Positions 61,549 to 64,000 of a stretch of 64,000 bases of DNA are shown piece by piece; the stretch's first letter is position 1; each line of letters starts with the position of its first letter. A program made the translations under genes and the position numbers. The stretch spans positions 1 to 64,000 of the forward strand of contig JAPLDX010000048.1 in assembly GCA_026391215.1 (NCBI GenBank), read 5' to 3'. The DNA comes from Bacteroidia bacterium. Lineage in GTDB: Bacteria > Bacteroidota > Bacteroidia > Bacteroidales > VadinHA17. The notes beneath the pieces were generated by a model. It was not told where the DNA came from, did not search any database, and worked only from the letters and a program-made list of their open reading frames with translations.

Positions 61549-64000
61549 ATGAATGGATTTTTTCTGAAAAAACAGGGTTTATTGTGGATTTTATTATTTA
61601 GTAACCTGACTCTATTTCCGCAAACATTCACAGAACTGACCGGGACAACAATTCCTGGTGTAAACTATAGTTCGATATCACCAGGTGACATTGACAAAGA
61701 TGGTAACCTGGATTTTTTTATTACGGGTTCTGCAGGTTCTTCACTCTTGTCTAAAATCTACATCAATAATGGTAACAGTACATTTACAGAACTCTCAAGT
61801 GTTTATTTCCCGGGGGTGTTTTATGGATCTGCATGCTGGAGGGACTATGATAATGATGGAGACTTAGATATACTCCTTACCGGTTCAATAAATATATCAA
61901 TTTCCTCAGCAGATCTGATTTCAAAAATTTATCGCAATGATGGATCAAATACGTTTACTTCACTTTCAGGTATAAATATTACTCCACTCTACTATAGCTT
62001 TACTGACTGGGGCGATTATGATAACGATGGCTATTCAGATATTTTAATCTCAGGTGCCACTGGATCAGATGTAGCAGTTACAAAAATATATCACAATAAT
62101 GGAGATGATACGTTTTCTGAAGAAACGGGGATAATTATTCAAAGTGTACAACGTGGGATAACAAAATGGGTTGATTTCGACACTGACGGATATCTGGATA
62201 TTTTTATTTCAGGATCAAGTAGTCAGGGTATAATCTCAAAATTCTATCATAATAATGGTAACGGTACTTTTACTACTATAATAAACACAAACATACCTGG
62301 TATGGCTGATGGATCAGTTGAATGGTGTGACTATGATAATGACGGAGACCCGGATTTTTTGATATCGGGTTTAGGTCTTACAAGAATATACAGGAATGAT
62401 GGGAATTGTATTTTTACTCAACAATCTAATATAACACTCCCGGGATTGCGTTATAGTTCAGCTAGTTGGGGTGACTATGATAACGATGGTCATTCCGATT
62501 TTGTTATAACCGGCTCCACAAATAGTTCTTATTCAGGAGCAATTACGAAGATTTATCATAACAATGGCAATGATACATTTACCGAACTTTCAGGCACCAG
62601 CTTACCAGGTGTTTATAAAGGCTCAGTAATATGGGCAGATCTGGACAAAGATGGGAGACTTGATCTAATGTTGTCAGGCATTAATTCCAGTAATACCAGG
62701 ATAACCAAAATATTTAAGAACAATACTACTGTTTCAAATAATGCACCATTATCAGTTGGAGGATTATTGAGCTCTGTGAATGATTCCTCCGTAGTATTAA
62801 AATGGAATAGAGTTCAGGGTGATTCAACACCAGCCAGGGGGATGAGCTTCAATATCAGAATTGGATTTTCTCCTGGTGCTGGTAATATTGTTTCGCCTAT
62901 GGTGAATGGATCAGGGTACAGACTCTTAACTGGATATGGCAATACATTCTCTGACACAATATTTATTTTAAAACATCTTAAGAAAAATACATATTACTGG
63001 AGTGTCCAGGCTATTGATAATGGATATTCAGCCGGGCCATTTGCAAGCGATCAGCTCTTTACATTTTCGGCTTCTTTACAAGCTTATAAAGTCATAACGG
63101 AAAGGATCCAGGGATCGGCTGTTGATCTTCGGTGGCAACGCGGGAATGGAAATGGTTGTATGGTATTTGCTAAAAAAGATAACCTTGGCTACGCATCTCC
63201 TCAGAATAATACTTCCTACATAGCTAATTCACATTTTGGGCTTGGTACTCAAATTGGCTCCACAGGATGGTTCTGCGTCTACAATGGTACAGACATGACT
63301 GTTACTGTAACAGATCTTGAAGGCTTAACTGATTATATTTTTCAGGTATTTGAGTATAACACCGGACCCCTGTTTTACAATAATTCCGGGCAGGGAAATC
63401 CTGTAACTGCCAGGACATCTGTTTTTACAGAACAAACTGGTTTAAATCTTTATGGTGATATTTGGAGTTCCGAACAGTGGGGAGATTATAACAATGATGG
63501 ATATCTTGATCTTATTATTGCTGGTTATAGTGAAACGAAAATTTACATGAATAATGGGGACAAAACCTTTTCCGAACAAACTGGAATTAGCCCTCCAGCT
63601 ACATATCATGGTGTTGTGAAATGGGGAGATTACAATAATGATGGGTATCTTGATATACTGATTTCCGGGTATGGATTTTCAAAAATATACAGGAATAACG
63701 GTGGTACTACTTTTACTGAAATGCCATCTGCCGGATTTATCGGACTTACATCAAGCTCTGCCGATTGGGGCGATTTAGATAACGATGGTGATCTTGATGT
63801 TATACTTAGTGGTATGTCCGGCACAACTGAGGTGACAAAAATATATCGGAATAATGGAGATAACAGCTTTACTGAACAACCCGGAATTGATATTTCTGGC
63901 TCCTCCAGCGGGATAATTAAATGTGTTGATTATAATAATGATAGTTATATTGATATATTTATTTCAAGTGCCAATTTTTCAAAAATATACCATAATAATT
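61549..64000 (+). CDS. Further propeller/FN3 surface-protein paralog, partial (runs off the window; absent from the ORF track)
   Basis: Manual translation: MNGFFLKKQGLLWILLFSNLTLFP-QTFTELTG..., 7 blades, YYWSVQAIDNG, WQRGNGNGC...GWFCVYNG, then a second propeller; no stop up to 64000. Confidence 0.92.
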   Translation, partial: MNGFFLKKQGLLWILLFSNLTLFPQTFTELTGTTIPGVNYSSISPGDIDKDGNLDFFITGSAGSSLLSKIYINNGNSTFTELSSVYFPGVFYGSACWRDYDNDGDLDILLTGSINISISSADLISKIYRNDGSNTFTSLSGINITPLYYSFTDWGDYDNDGYSDILISGATGSDVAVTKIYHNNGDDTFSEETGIIIQSVQRGITKWVDFDTDGYLDIFISGSSSQGIISKFYHNNGNGTFTTIINTNIPGMADGSVEWCDYDNDGDPDFLISGLGLTRIYRNDGNCIFTQQSNITLPGLRYSSASWGDYDNDGHSDFVITGSTNSSYSGAITKIYHNNGNDTFTELSGTSLPGVYKGSVIWADLDKDGRLDLMLSGINSSNTRITKIFKNNTTVSNNAPLSVGGLLSSVNDSSVVLKWNRVQGDSTPARGMSFNIRIGFSPGAGNIVSPMVNGSGYRLLTGYGNTFSDTIFILKHLKKNTYYWSVQAIDNGYSAGPFASDQLFTFSASLQAYKVITERIQGSAVDLRWQRGNGNGCMVFAKKDNLGYASPQNNTSYIANSHFGLGTQIGSTGWFCVYNGTDMTVTVTDLEGLTDYIFQVFEYNTGPLFYNNSGQGNPVTARTSVFTEQTGLNLYGDIWSSEQWGDYNNDGYLDLIIAGYSETKIYMNNGDKTFSEQTGISPPATYHGVVKWGDYNNDGYLDILISGYGFSKIYRNNGGTTFTEMPSAGFIGLTSSSADWGDLDNDGDLDVILSGMSGTTEVTKIYRNNGDNSFTEQPGIDISGSSSGIIKCVDYNNDSYIDIFISSANFSKIYHNN

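Noticed and set aside
2527-63824. Numerous 60-145-aa ORFs nested in or antisense to long genes
   Set aside because: Shadow ORFs with no motifs; recurring ones (e.g. SRSPSLS) mirror the repeated sense-strand blades.
1-64000. tRNA, rRNA or cobalamin riboswitch near the mutase genes
   Set aside because: None recognised by eye, and mutA overlaps prfB, leaving no leader. A covariance-model scan (Infernal/Rfam) would be needed to exclude them.

Overview
Chromosomal window from a Bacteroidota bacterium (Bacteroidales-like). The assignment rests on TAnnTTTG promoters, Sec signal peptides followed by Gln, and T9SS type-A C-terminal domains. 1-977: stand-alone IS200/IS605-type Y1 (HUH) transposase flanked by inverted arrays of REP-like hairpins, with an exact 87-bp direct repeat that cuts into a VanZ-family gene. 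1.3-15.2 kb: housekeeping genes (prfB with its +1 frameshift, methylmalonyl-CoA mutase mutA/scpA, a thioredoxin-like lipoprotein, two membrane proteins) and a TetR-TolC-HlyD-ABC efflux operon carrying intergenic palindromic repeats. 15.2-20.3 kb (minus strand): an exported caspase-like (C14) protease and a beta-propeller/Y_Y_Y/PP2C sensor phosphatase. 20.8-64 kb (plus strand, divergent): a membrane-anchored vWA protein, then a tandem array of Ca-binding (FG-GAP/VCBS-type) beta-propeller + FN3 proteins. The array includes a ~30.8-kb reading frame (10,263 codons, 17 seven-bladed propellers) broken by one in-frame TAA, and a further paralog missing from the ORF track that runs off the window. Three genes of this block share a conserved upstream promoter cassette. 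All domain calls come from motif reading by eye, not database searches.
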